From Gemmatimonadaceae bacterium (GTDB lineage: Bacteria; Gemmatimonadota; Gemmatimonadetes; Gemmatimonadales; Gemmatimonadaceae): DNA of 64,000 nt. Within the stretch, counting starts at the first letter, position 1; each line of letters starts with the position of its first letter. Shown here piece after piece: positions 38,470-47,591 of this stretch. The stretch is taken from NCBI GenBank assembly GCA_036264075.1, contig DATARP010000100.1, positions 2,737 through 66,736 on the forward strand, given 5' to 3'. Below the pieces are notes generated by a model, which worked only from the letters and a program-made list of their open reading frames with translations, was not told where the DNA came from and searched no databases. The position numbers and the translations under genes are program-made.

Positions 38470-39758
38470 GAGCGATTCGTCGGTTGTGCAGCGTCCTTGT
38501 CGGCGCGTGCTAGTCCTTCGAGGGCCGCGGAAAGATTGCGCCGAAGCTGAGGGAGCTCCGGGGCGATGGTGATGCCCTTCTCCGCGGCGTCACGCGCGTG
38601 AGCGAACTCACCACGCTTGAGGTATCCGGCGGCGAGATTGTTGAGCAGCACCGGCGACTGCGGATGCGTCTCGGCGGCCGCGGCCAGCAACAGGATCTCG
38701 CGATCGGGGTCGTCCGTCATGGCCGCCACCTGCGCCGCATAGTGAAACCAAACCGGTGGCGGCTGGGTGGCGCTCCACAAGCTCCGCGCTTCGCTCAGCG
38801 CGATCTTGGCCGACTGCAGGTCCCCCAATCGAGCCGAGATGATCGCCGACTGTAGTTGAATCAGCGGCTCCGAATTCCCACCAGCCGTAATCGCGCGGTC
38901 GATCACCAGCTTGGCCTTCTCGAGCTGGCCGAGCTGTTCATACGCGAGCGCGAGATTGTGCAGCAACGCGGTCTTGCTCGGTGCGTTCGGGGCCGATGTC
39001 ATGAACGCGTTCACAGCGCTGGCCCACTCCTTTTTGCGGAGTGCGATCAATCCGAGATGAAAGGACGCGACAGGATCGGTAGCTTCCTCGACCAGCGCGC
39101 GGAATTCGCGCTCCGCTTCGTCGTGCATTCCCGCTCTGTACAAGGCGCTGGCGAGCTCGCGGCGTTCCAGCGGGCTTGCGTTGCGAGGTAGCGTCGGAGT
39201 CGTTCGCTTGCGGCCGACCGGCAGCAGGAACGACGCGTTGAGCAGTCCGTAAAGCGCCTTGCCAACGTCGAACTCGCTTAGGCCTGAATCACGAATCAGG
39301 GCGTTGATGTCGCGGTGGCCATCGAGAAGAGGAAGCAGCGCTTCCTGCTCCGGCGAGAGTGTATCCCTGTTCCTGGTCAGGCGCGGACGATCGATGCTGT
39401 AGACGACGTCGAAGCTCGGAATCTTCTTCTCGATCAGCGACCACTCGTCGACCCGGCGCGCGCCCTCCAGCAGCAGCGACTGGGGGTCGACCGAAACGCG
39501 CTCGGCTCCGTCTTCCGGCTCGACGCCCGGCTCGAAATTGAATGTGCCGCTCGTCCACGTGAACAGCGTATAGACGGCGTTCTCGGTGTCGAGGGGACGG
39601 TTGACGATCGCCGCGTGACAGATGCGTCCGGCCTCGAAATAGATCGAGCCGAAGCTGTCGTGGAACGAGAGGCCGAGGCAGCCACTCTTTTTTCCCATCG
39701 AGAGCAGCTGCAGAACGTCGGGGAGGCTCGCTTCCTTCAGGCTGCCCTTGATTGCCAT
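38466..39758 (-). CDS. DUF4388 (PATAN-like) domain + TPR protein
   Basis: MAIKGSLKEASLPDVLQLL..KSG..FTWTSGTFNF..LLLEGARRVDE; winged-helix-like segment, then TPRs. Confidence 0.82.
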   Translation of the reverse strand: MAIKGSLKEASLPDVLQLLSMGKKSGCLGLSFHDSFGSIYFEAGRICHAAIVNRPLDTENAVYTLFTWTSGTFNFEPGVEPEDGAERVSVDPQSLLLEGARRVDEWSLIEKKIPSFDVVYSIDRPRLTRNRDTLSPEQEALLPLLDGHRDINALIRDSGLSEFDVGKALYGLLNASFLLPVGRKRTTPTLPRNASPLERRELASALYRAGMHDEAEREFRALVEEATDPVASFHLGLIALRKKEWASAVNAFMTSAPNAPSKTALLHNLALAYEQLGQLEKAKLVIDRAITAGGNSEPLIQLQSAIISARLGDLQSAKIALSEARSLWSATQPPPVWFHYAAQVAAMTDDPDREILLLAAAAETHPQSPVLLNNLAAGYLKRGEFAHARDAAEKGITIAPELPQLRRNLSAALEGLARADKDAAQPTNRS

Positions 39759-39982
39759 CAGCCCATCTCCTCGATCATTCTATCGGCGACGTTGTCCCAC
39801 TCGCGAATGACCCCTGCGTCCGGAACCGGTGTTGCCTGCTTCTTCACTGCGGGCGTTCCCTTGGGCGTTGGGTCGAGCGACTCGACGCGCTTCGCGATCT
39901 CATGGCTGATGTCGGCCATGAACTCGGCGAACTCGCCGCTGTCGTCCTCCGCTCCCTTCTTGACGCCCCCGCCCGTGACCAC
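39758..39982 (-). CDS. Small acidic hypothetical protein
   Basis: 74 aa ORF exactly filling the gap between mglA and the DUF4388-TPR gene (2-nt gap, TGATG overlap). Confidence 0.6.
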   Translation of the reverse strand: MVTGGGVKKGAEDDSGEFAEFMADISHEIAKRVESLDPTPKGTPAVKKQATPVPDAGVIREWDNVADRMIEEMG

Positions 39983-39984
39983 CC

Positions 39985-40590
39985 TCAGGATCCTTTCGAG
40001 GCAGGAGCGCTGAGCCGGCCGAGCACCATCGAGGCGATGCTGCGCAGAGTCTCGAATACGCCGCCGCCGTTTATCGCGTTGGCCGCGAAATACGGTACTG
40101 AGCGGAAGTTGAGCGTCTCGTCCAGCTCCTGGACGGTGCTTATCTCCGCCGCCGGCAAGTCACGCTTGTTGTACTGCATCACGAGCGGAAGCGTGCGCGG
40201 GTCGAAACCCTCATCCGCGAGATTCGCGTGCAGATCCTGCAGGCTCTCGATATTCTCGGCGAGCTGCCTCGACTGGCTGTCGGCGACGAATACCACTCCG
40301 TCGACGCCCTGGAGCACCAGCCTTCTGGTAGCGGCGTAATACACCTGGCCGGGAACCGTATAGAGCTGAAACCGGGTCGCGAATCCGGAGATCGTGCCGA
40401 GATCCAGAGGAAGAAAGTCGAAGAAGAGTGTGCGGTCCGTTTCGGTCGCCAGCGACACCATCTTGCCCTTACGCTCCTCTGGCAGCTGCGAGTAGACGTG
40501 CTGAAGGTTGGTCGTTTTCCCCGACCGGCCAGGACCGTAGTACACGATCTTGCACGTGATTTCGCGCGTTCCGTAGTTGACGACTGACAT
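39985..40590 (-). CDS. mglA: MglA-family small Ras-like GTPase
   Basis: [15 protein letters not shown] (G1), [13 protein letters not shown] (switch I Arg/Thr), LYTVPGQ (G3), NKRD (G4); ATG 40590. Confidence 0.93.
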   Translation of the reverse strand: MSVVNYGTREITCKIVYYGPGRSGKTTNLQHVYSQLPEERKGKMVSLATETDRTLFFDFLPLDLGTISGFATRFQLYTVPGQVYYAATRRLVLQGVDGVVFVADSQSRQLAENIESLQDLHANLADEGFDPRTLPLVMQYNKRDLPAAEISTVQELDETLNFRSVPYFAANAINGGGVFETLRSIASMVLGRLSAPASKGS

Positions 40591-41069
40591 TATTTGCGAA
40601 GCGGGCCAAAGAGTGCGTCGAGGCTGCGATTGAGCTCGCCCTCGAAATCTCCGGATGGTCCTTTCCCCCGGACCTCCGCCTGCGGAGTCAGCTTCGCGAT
40701 CGACTTCTGGAATTCCTCGAAGTAGATCTCGACCACTCCGAATGAGCTTTCGCGGTCGAACACGCCGACGAAGAGAAACTCGTGCTGGCCAGCGGCGCAG
40801 CGCGCCATAAACACCTGCCGGTCCGCGCCAGCATGGTGCATCTCGACGAACGGCTTGCCATCGAGCTGTCGTCCGAGCTCGCGCGCGGAAGCGTTGATCG
40901 CGGATGTGAGCGCACAGATAGACATGACGTCGGCTGCGTTTGAAAATCCGAACTGGCCGACGGCTTTCCCAGTCGGATAGAGCAGCACACCGGATATGAG
41001 GCGCGCATCGTCCATCAATCGCGTGAGCGGCCCCGCCACCCACGGCTCCGCTACCGTTGGCTGCGTCAT
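40590..41069 (-). CDS. mglB: MglB-like roadblock protein (putative GAP)
   Basis: Roadblock pattern with [11 protein letters not shown] (cf. MglB IFD..SLGLV) and C-terminal helix LNRSLDALF (cf. IDNLF); 1-nt overlap with mglA. Confidence 0.72.
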   Translation of the reverse strand: MTQPTVAEPWVAGPLTRLMDDARLISGVLLYPTGKAVGQFGFSNAADVMSICALTSAINASARELGRQLDGKPFVEMHHAGADRQVFMARCAAGQHEFLFVGVFDRESSFGVVEIYFEEFQKSIAKLTPQAEVRGKGPSGDFEGELNRSLDALFGPLRK

Positions 41070-41431
41070 GGTTTTTCCCGCGTTGCTTTCATCATATCCA
41101 GTCTCACTCGTCCCAGGTTGGCGTCAGACGTGACGATCGTGACGAGTACGACGTCGGCGGCGCCGACGACGCAGATTTGTCCCCGCTCGGCCTCGAGGCG
41201 CATGAACGCCGGAGTGCCGAGACGGGCAGCATCCGATGCGCGTGTAATTTTGGAGTAAAGATAGGCCGCGAGCGCCGCAGTGTGCTTCCGGGAATCGGCG
41301 CCGCCAGCTGCAGCTCCCTTCATTGGACTCGTCTCGACGATGAGCCCGTCGGACGCGCCGACGATCATTGCCGCCACTACGCCCGGCAGGTGCGACAGCG
41401 TCGTCACGATTTCCGCGAGTGCGCCCTTCAT
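41066..41431 (-). CDS. Roadblock/LC7 domain protein
   Basis: [37 protein letters not shown]; ATG 41431 with ATGA overlap. Confidence 0.82.
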   Translation of the reverse strand: MKGALAEIVTTLSHLPGVVAAMIVGASDGLIVETSPMKGAAAGGADSRKHTAALAAYLYSKITRASDAARLGTPAFMRLEAERGQICVVGAADVVLVTIVTSDANLGRVRLDMMKATREKP

Positions 41432-41802
41432 GCGCGCCCCTGCATCCAGTTGATCGCCAGCGCCACCGACCGGGTCAGCACGCGGCGCACGAGGCCGAGA
41501 GGCACCGTGGACGAGGAAGCGAGAAGAACCACACTGTCCTGCGGGGCCGGCGCCAGCGCGATCGTCGCCGCGTCGGTCTCGACCACGACTGCCGTCCACG
41601 CCCCGAGGGAGAGAAGCCGCATCGAGCGCGACACTTCCCTGCTCACGCCACTCAGCGCCGCTCCGATCTCCGCCGAGATGTCGCGGCCGCGGTCATCGAC
41701 GTAGCTGCCAGCGAGAGGGACGCCAGCCGCGTCGAGCAGCAAAGCCGTCTGCTCGGCGTCGCCGATCGCCGTGACAAAAAGAGCGCGAGCCGACTCAGCC
41801 AC
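41428..41802 (-). CDS. Roadblock/LC7-like domain protein
   Basis: ALLLDAAGVPLAG..EIGAALSG..LSLGAW..VVET..VPLGLVRR roadblock pattern. Confidence 0.72.
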   Translation of the reverse strand: MAESARALFVTAIGDAEQTALLLDAAGVPLAGSYVDDRGRDISAEIGAALSGVSREVSRSMRLLSLGAWTAVVVETDAATIALAPAPQDSVVLLASSSTVPLGLVRRVLTRSVALAINWMQGRA

Positions 41803-42538
41803 GTTTCTCTCCGCCTTCCGGTGGCGTGATCTCGATCAGCCCCGTGCTGAGCATGCCGTAGATGATCTTTGCTACCTCGAACTCGGGCAACACGAGTCGC
41901 TTGCCGATCTCGTGCAGATTCCTCTCTCCGTCGATCACCGACAACACTTCCCATTCGCGGGGGAGCAAGTCGATGAACGACTCGGGGCCGTCATCCAGCG
42001 GCGCGAGACGCGGAAGGACCCGCGCGTCGGGGATCTTGTCCGCCATTCGGGACCACTCGTCGATGCGGCGCGCGCCTTCCATCAACAGTGATTCGGTGCT
42101 CACACGGACCGCGATGTCCTTGCGGATCGGACGCGGCGGCTCTTCAGAGAAGGAGAAGAATCCTTCGGACCACGACATCAGGTCGAATACGACGGTCTCG
42201 ATCTGCTGCCGCATGAATCGGTCGATGTCGCGGGGAGTTACAATTCCGTGGGCGACAAGTATCTCACCCACGCGACGCTTGTCCCCCGCGCGCTGCATTG
42301 CCGTCGCCCGCGCGAGGTCCGCCGCGGTCGCCTTGCCCGATCGCTCGAGAATCGTGCCCAGCAGATGCGGATTGCTCTTCATCGTCGCCGCCACGATGGT
42401 GCCGGCGTCGAAGTAGACGCTCCCTTCGTTGTTGCGCTCGGGAGAGGTTATGCGAAGCGTTCCCGTCTTCCTGCTCAGATCGAGGAGCTGGAAGACATCG
42501 TGAATGCCGAGCTCGCGTAGAGGTCCTTCGATTGCCAT
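41795..42538 (-). CDS. DUF4388 (PATAN-like) protein with tandem MshEN-like motif
   Basis: MAIEGPLRELGIHDVFQLL..KTG..WSEGFFSF..LLMEGARRIDE; two 24-aa xLG/RVG..G..Q repeats at residues 59-112; C-terminal winged-helix-like segment. Confidence 0.82.
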   Translation of the reverse strand: MAIEGPLRELGIHDVFQLLDLSRKTGTLRITSPERNNEGSVYFDAGTIVAATMKSNPHLLGTILERSGKATAADLARATAMQRAGDKRRVGEILVAHGIVTPRDIDRFMRQQIETVVFDLMSWSEGFFSFSEEPPRPIRKDIAVRVSTESLLMEGARRIDEWSRMADKIPDARVLPRLAPLDDGPESFIDLLPREWEVLSVIDGERNLHEIGKRLVLPEFEVAKIIYGMLSTGLIEITPPEGGEKRG

Positions 42539-44979
42539 TAGCGTCGCCCTCTCTGCATGAGCCGGTAATAGCGCAGCGCTTCGGAGTGGTTGGGGTCGAA
42601 GCGCAGCACTCGCTCGAAAGCATTCAGCGCGTCACTCTCGCGCGCGAGGTCGATGAGGATCTCGCCGAGCGCAATCAGTGCCGCGAAGTGGTAGACATCG
42701 CGACGGACCAGCGCGACAACGCGCGGTAGCGCGCTGCGTGACCGGCCGGTACGGCGATACGGCCCGACGAGCTCCACCACGGCGGCGTCGTGATTGGGCG
42801 CAGTCACCAGCACAGACTCGAGCTCTCTGATCGCACCCGTGTCGTCACCAGCCTGGGCGAGCAGCCTGCCGAGCGCGACACGCGTGTCCGCTTGCCGCTC
42901 ATCGAGAGCCAGGCTGCTGCGATAAGCACCGATCGCCTCGTGGGAGTCACCGAGCGCGGCATACAGATCGCCGACCCGCTTGAGAACGTTGGCATTCCTG
43001 CCCTCGTTCTTCTGGAGCGACACCAGAATCTCCCGTGCTCCGGGCTTGTCGAGCGACGCCACGCGCGCTTCGGCAGCGAGCAGGAGCAGGTTGACATCGG
43101 TGCTTCCCGCCTCGACGAGAGCTTCCGCGTAGGGTCTCGCCTCCTCGGCGCGGCCCAGAGCGAGCAGCGATCGCGCCGTGCCCTGCCGCGCGAATGGATT
43201 CGTCGGCTCTGTCTCGAGCGCCCGTCGGTATCTCTCGAGTGCTTCGCCGTGGAGGCCCTGGGCGGCGAATCCGTCGCCTGCCAGCACGAGCCCGACAATC
43301 TTGTCGCCGCCTCGCGCGAGCACGCGGGCAATCTCACCCTGTGCGCGGTCATAGAGGCCCTTGGTGATGAAATCCCTGGCGAGCGTGAACCCGGCCATCG
43401 GCTCTTCAGCCACCTGCTCCGGGCGCGCCGGCTTGACGGCGAACAGCTCCTCGAGAATCGCCGGATCGAAGTGGAAGTCCTCGACGTGGTCGACAGACTC
43501 GTCCGTCTCGGTGATCGGAGGCGCGACGGTGAGGCGGATTTCCTCGTGCGGAAGCTCGATGGCCAACTCGAGCTTCTGCGGTGTGTACATCGGGTCGAGC
43601 GACAGGGCTCGCTTCGTTTCCCGAAGCGCCGAGCTGAAATCGCCGAGGTTCGAAAGCGTGAAGCTCAGGTTGTAGTGGGCCTCGGCGAAATCAGGGTTGG
43701 CCTGAATTGCGCGCGCGAACGCGTTTCGCGCGTCGGAGTATTTCTCCAGCTCGACGAGAATGAGCCCGATGCCGTTCCACGCCACGGGATGCTCGGGTGC
43801 CGTGCTCAGAACCTGCCGGTACGCCTCGAGCGACAAATCGATGTGCTTTCGCCGGAACAAGCCGAGGGCCAGGTTCAGCCTCGCTTCCACCGGAGGCGAC
43901 GGCGCCTGAAGTGCCCGCCTGAAAGCGTTGATCGCGTTCTTTGTGTCGCTCTTGTGCCAGATGAGCACGCCAAGGTTGTTGTGCGCGAACGGATAGCTCG
44001 AGTCGATCTCCAGCGCGCGATTGTAGCTCTCTTCGGCCTCGGTGTGCCGACCCTCGAGCTGGAGGGCCACTCCACGACCGTTCCACGTCTTTGCCGTGGG
44101 CGAGAATTCGCGCGCGAACCTGTCGGCGGTTGCGATCGCCGCGCCCGTATCGCGTTGAAGCAGATAGAGCTCGAGCATCGCCTGCAGCACTTCAGCGTTC
44201 GCCTCTCCGCCTTCGATCGCCTTCTCGTACTCCTTGAGCGCTTCCTGGAAATATCCCTTCTGGCGCAGCGCCCGCCCGAGCGTGATGTGCGCGCCGGCGG
44301 GTGTTCTCTGCTGATGACTCGGCGTGACTTGGTGGCGATAGGTCTGCAGAGAGAGATTCGCCTGAGCGCGCACGAGCGTCGGATTCAGCATCACGGCGCG
44401 GCGATTTGCCTCCGCCGCCTCCTCGCTGCGTCCGAGATCGCCCAATATGAACCCTATCAGGTAAAGCGCATCTGGATTCTCGGGGTTCAGCTCGATCGAG
44501 CGGCGCACCGAGCGCATCGCTTCCTCATGCAGTCCGCGGTTGTACAGAGTCTCGGCGAGAAGAAAATGAAGGACTGAGCTGTCGGTATCGAGCTCGATCG
44601 CACGTTGAAAGAGAGTGTGGGCCCTCTCCAGCCGGCCGGCCGTCTTCTCCGCTATTCCACTTTGGACGAGGGCTTCGAGATCACTTGGATTCGCTCGCAG
44701 CCGTTCCTCGAGATCGTGCAACTGGCGCTCGAGAATCCCGCTCTCGCCGTACGCGATCTCGAGATTCCGGCGCGCGACGCCCATCCGCTCGTCGAGCGCG
44801 AGCGCGCGCGAGAACGCGACGATTGCCTCGTCGGTAAGTCCCTTTCGAAAATAGAGGACTCCCAGATTGTTGTACGCACCCGCGTCCGACGGATCGATTC
44901 GGCGTGCGAACGACCGCAGGATGTCGATCTCACCGCCATTCGCGGCTGCCGGTGGGCGGGCAGTTGCCGCTGGGGTCAT
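42538..44979 (-). CDS. Large cytoplasmic TPR-repeat protein
   Basis: Many canonical TPRs (AYNNLG..Y, AHNNLG, AWNGIG, AHYNL), acidic linker, second TPR block; no signal peptide. Confidence 0.88.
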   Translation of the reverse strand: MTPAATARPPAAANGGEIDILRSFARRIDPSDAGAYNNLGVLYFRKGLTDEAIVAFSRALALDERMGVARRNLEIAYGESGILERQLHDLEERLRANPSDLEALVQSGIAEKTAGRLERAHTLFQRAIELDTDSSVLHFLLAETLYNRGLHEEAMRSVRRSIELNPENPDALYLIGFILGDLGRSEEAAEANRRAVMLNPTLVRAQANLSLQTYRHQVTPSHQQRTPAGAHITLGRALRQKGYFQEALKEYEKAIEGGEANAEVLQAMLELYLLQRDTGAAIATADRFAREFSPTAKTWNGRGVALQLEGRHTEAEESYNRALEIDSSYPFAHNNLGVLIWHKSDTKNAINAFRRALQAPSPPVEARLNLALGLFRRKHIDLSLEAYRQVLSTAPEHPVAWNGIGLILVELEKYSDARNAFARAIQANPDFAEAHYNLSFTLSNLGDFSSALRETKRALSLDPMYTPQKLELAIELPHEEIRLTVAPPITETDESVDHVEDFHFDPAILEELFAVKPARPEQVAEEPMAGFTLARDFITKGLYDRAQGEIARVLARGGDKIVGLVLAGDGFAAQGLHGEALERYRRALETEPTNPFARQGTARSLLALGRAEEARPYAEALVEAGSTDVNLLLLAAEARVASLDKPGAREILVSLQKNEGRNANVLKRVGDLYAALGDSHEAIGAYRSSLALDERQADTRVALGRLLAQAGDDTGAIRELESVLVTAPNHDAAVVELVGPYRRTGRSRSALPRVVALVRRDVYHFAALIALGEILIDLARESDALNAFERVLRFDPNHSEALRYYRLMQRGRR

Positions 44980-44983
44980 CGGG

Positions 44984-45631
44984 TCAGTCTACGCGAACCG
45001 CGCGGAAGATTGCGTCGAAGGCGCTCTGATCGGGGACAAGCAGGAAGAATCCATGCAGGCTCTCCACCGGCTCCTCCAGAAAGAATTCGGTCTCCACGCA
45101 AAGGATGGGAGAATCGGTCTGTGGCGCGTGATCGCCCAGCGCGTGCAGAGCGTGGCTCGGGTCGCCCGTCGTGAGCGCAGGCGGAGAGAGCATGAGCCGC
45201 ATCTTCAGAAACTCGCTCAGCGCCGTGAGGTAAGCGCCCGCGAGAATGTTGCCCGCTTCCTTGAGCGCAGACTGCTCCAGCTGCCCGAGGCTCGGCGACG
45301 TTCCCCGCTTGCGCCGCAGCATCCGCTCGGCGAGACGGAGTCCAGCCGGCGTTGCCAGCAGAAAGACGGTCTGGCCGCCGATGTCGCCCGACATCGTCAT
45401 TTGCACCGCTACGATTTCGACGTCCGGCGCGATCTCGGGCACGAAATCGCCCGGAGGAACGATGTTGACCATCGGCACGCTGATCATGATGCGCGTGCCC
45501 GTGAGAGTCGAGAGAGCAGTGGCAGCGTGGCCGGCGCCTATGTTCGCAACCTCGCGCAACGCGTCCAGCCGCGCGCTGCTCATCAGCGTCGTTCCACCAT
45601 CAGTCGATTGTGCGTCGCGGCGATTTGTCAT
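44984..45631 (-). CDS. cheC: CheY-P phosphatase CheC
   Basis: Two ExxN motifs (DALREVANIGAGHAATALS, SALKEAGNILAG). Confidence 0.9.
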   Translation of the reverse strand: MTNRRDAQSTDGGTTLMSSARLDALREVANIGAGHAATALSTLTGTRIMISVPMVNIVPPGDFVPEIAPDVEIVAVQMTMSGDIGGQTVFLLATPAGLRLAERMLRRKRGTSPSLGQLEQSALKEAGNILAGAYLTALSEFLKMRLMLSPPALTTGDPSHALHALGDHAPQTDSPILCVETEFFLEEPVESLHGFFLLVPDQSAFDAIFRAVRVD

Positions 45632-45632
45632 T

Positions 45633-47228
45633 TCAAAGGAGAGTGGAGGCGTCGACTATGAGGGCGGGCGCACCATCGCCAAGAATGGTGGCACCGCTGA
45701 AGAGTGTTCTGCTGCCATTCACACCGTCGAATTGCTTCACGACGATTTCCTGCTGACCGGTGAACTCATCGACGATGAGCGCGGCACGGCGGTCGGCCAG
45801 CTCCACCAGGACAACTTGCCCGCCTGTCTTGTTCGATGCCGGGAGCCCGACTTTCTCGCGGAGCCATATCGCCGGAAATACGTCGTCGCGGATCGCGACG
45901 ACTTCTTTTCCCTTGACCTCCTGAAGCATCGGCTGCGAAAGAGCAAAGGTCTCGAGCACATGCGTCAGCGGGATCGCGTAGACCTCCTGTTCCACCCTCG
46001 CGATGAGAGCGCGAGTGATCGCCAGCGTGAGCGGGAGACGCATGCTCACATTGGTGCCCAGACCGGAGTCGGTGTGCACCTCGAGCGAGCCACCGAGAGC
46101 ACGAACCTTGTTAGCGACGATGTCGAAGCCTACTCCTCGCCCAGAGATATCCGTGATCTTGTCAGCAGTGGAGAACCCGGGTCGCGAAATGATGCGCACC
46201 AGCTCGTCTTCGGTCAGAGCAGTCGTGCCGGCGGCGACGAGGCCGAGCTTCTTCGCGCGCGGCAGCACTTTACCCTGATCGATTCCACGTCCGTCGTCCG
46301 TGACTCGGATCAGCACTGTGGCGCGGTCCCGCTCTGCCGTGAGTGTTAGAGTAGCTGTCGGAGGCTTCCCCGCCTTCTTTCGCTCGGCCGGGGTTTCGAT
46401 TCCGTGGTCGAGTGAATTGCGCAGCAGGTGCAGCACCGGTTCTCCCATCTCGTCGAGCATGGACCGGTCGAGCTCGATCTCCTTTCCTTCGATCTTGAAC
46501 TCGACTTCCTTGCCGAGAGCGCGCGCGGTATCGCGCACGACGCGGGGAAAGCGGTCGAACACCTGCCACACCGGGACCATCCGGCTGTTCATGATCTCGT
46601 TCTGCAGCGTCGCCACGATCTGGGACGCGCGGAGAGTTGCTTCGACGAGCGGCTCGTCGCCGAGGCGCTCCGCGATCTGGGCGATGCGATCGCGAGCGAT
46701 CACGAGCTCCCCCATGAGATTCATCAGCGCGTCGAGTCGACGGGCATCGATGCGAATATGACGGGCAGCCCTGGAAACAGGCGCCTTCGCCTCTTCCTCG
46801 TTCTTGGCCACCGCCATGATGGCGAACTCAGTGGTGAACGTCTGCGGGATCTCCTCGCTCGATGCAGCCTTGATGCGCGCCATGACTTCTGTCACGTCGT
46901 GCTGCGTCGGAGTCGATGCGGTCGCGAGGGCAACCGCTTCCTCGAGTGCATCCACACCCGCGAAGAGCGTGTCCATGATCAAAGCCGTCACGTTCAATGA
47001 TCCCGTTCTAAGCCGATCGAGCAGCGTTTCCAGCTCGTGGGAGAGCTCGCTCACCGAGGTATATCCCATCGCTCCGCCCATTCCCTTCATCGTGTGCACC
47101 GCCCGAAAAAGGCGGTCGATGGCCGTGATGCTTCCACCACGCTCGAGCTCGACGAGTGCGTTGTTTATCTCCGAGAGATTTTCCCGACTCTCGGAGAGAA
47201 AGAGCTTGGCGTAGCGGCCTGTGTCCAT
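45633..47228 (-). CDS. cheA: Chemotaxis histidine kinase CheA (P1-P3-P4-P5)
   Basis: HPt LFRAVHTMKG, dimerization LDALMNLMGELVI, RNSLDHGIE, DDGRG, GRGVG, LPLTLAI, CheW-like C-domain. Confidence 0.95.
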   Translation of the reverse strand: MDTGRYAKLFLSESRENLSEINNALVELERGGSITAIDRLFRAVHTMKGMGGAMGYTSVSELSHELETLLDRLRTGSLNVTALIMDTLFAGVDALEEAVALATASTPTQHDVTEVMARIKAASSEEIPQTFTTEFAIMAVAKNEEEAKAPVSRAARHIRIDARRLDALMNLMGELVIARDRIAQIAERLGDEPLVEATLRASQIVATLQNEIMNSRMVPVWQVFDRFPRVVRDTARALGKEVEFKIEGKEIELDRSMLDEMGEPVLHLLRNSLDHGIETPAERKKAGKPPTATLTLTAERDRATVLIRVTDDGRGIDQGKVLPRAKKLGLVAAGTTALTEDELVRIISRPGFSTADKITDISGRGVGFDIVANKVRALGGSLEVHTDSGLGTNVSMRLPLTLAITRALIARVEQEVYAIPLTHVLETFALSQPMLQEVKGKEVVAIRDDVFPAIWLREKVGLPASNKTGGQVVLVELADRRAALIVDEFTGQQEIVVKQFDGVNGSRTLFSGATILGDGAPALIVDASTLL

Positions 47229-47590
47229 CAGGCTAGCACCCGCTGCACGGCTTCCAGCACGCGGCTAGGCTGGAACGGCTTCACCACGAAGTCGCGCGCT
47301 CCCGCCTGGAGCGCTTCCTGGACGAGAGCTTGCTGACCCATGGCGCTGCACATGAGAATCCGGGCCGACGGGTCCAGCTGCGTGATCTGCTTCACAGCTT
47401 CGATCCCGCCCATCTCGGGCATGATGATATCCATCGTCACCAGATCGGGCTTTAGCTGCTGGTACTTCTCGACCGCCTGCTTTCCGTTCTCGGCCTCGCC
47501 GACGACGGTAAAACCTGCCTGCGACAGGATGTCGCTGACCATCGTCCGCATGAACACCGCATCGTCGCAAACCAGCACTGTACTGCTCAC
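47228..47590 (-). CDS. cheY: Chemotaxis response regulator CheY
   Basis: DDAVFMR, MDIIMPEM, SAMGQQ, VKPF; Thermotoga/Bacillus-like CheY. Confidence 0.93.
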   Translation of the reverse strand: MSSTVLVCDDAVFMRTMVSDILSQAGFTVVGEAENGKQAVEKYQQLKPDLVTMDIIMPEMGGIEAVKQITQLDPSARILMCSAMGQQALVQEALQAGARDFVVKPFQPSRVLEAVQRVLA

Positions 47591-47591
47591 T

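Noticed and set aside
39985-41043. 352-aa N-terminally extended MglA from the ORF track
   Set aside because: The extension overlaps mglB in another frame; the MglA family start is MSVVNY at 40590
42790-44577. Long plus-strand ORFs (595 aa here; also 30763-32025, 51918-53204 and 1148-2236)
   Set aside because: They lie antisense to clearly identified genes and carry no motifs; they are typical shadow ORFs of GC-rich coding DNA
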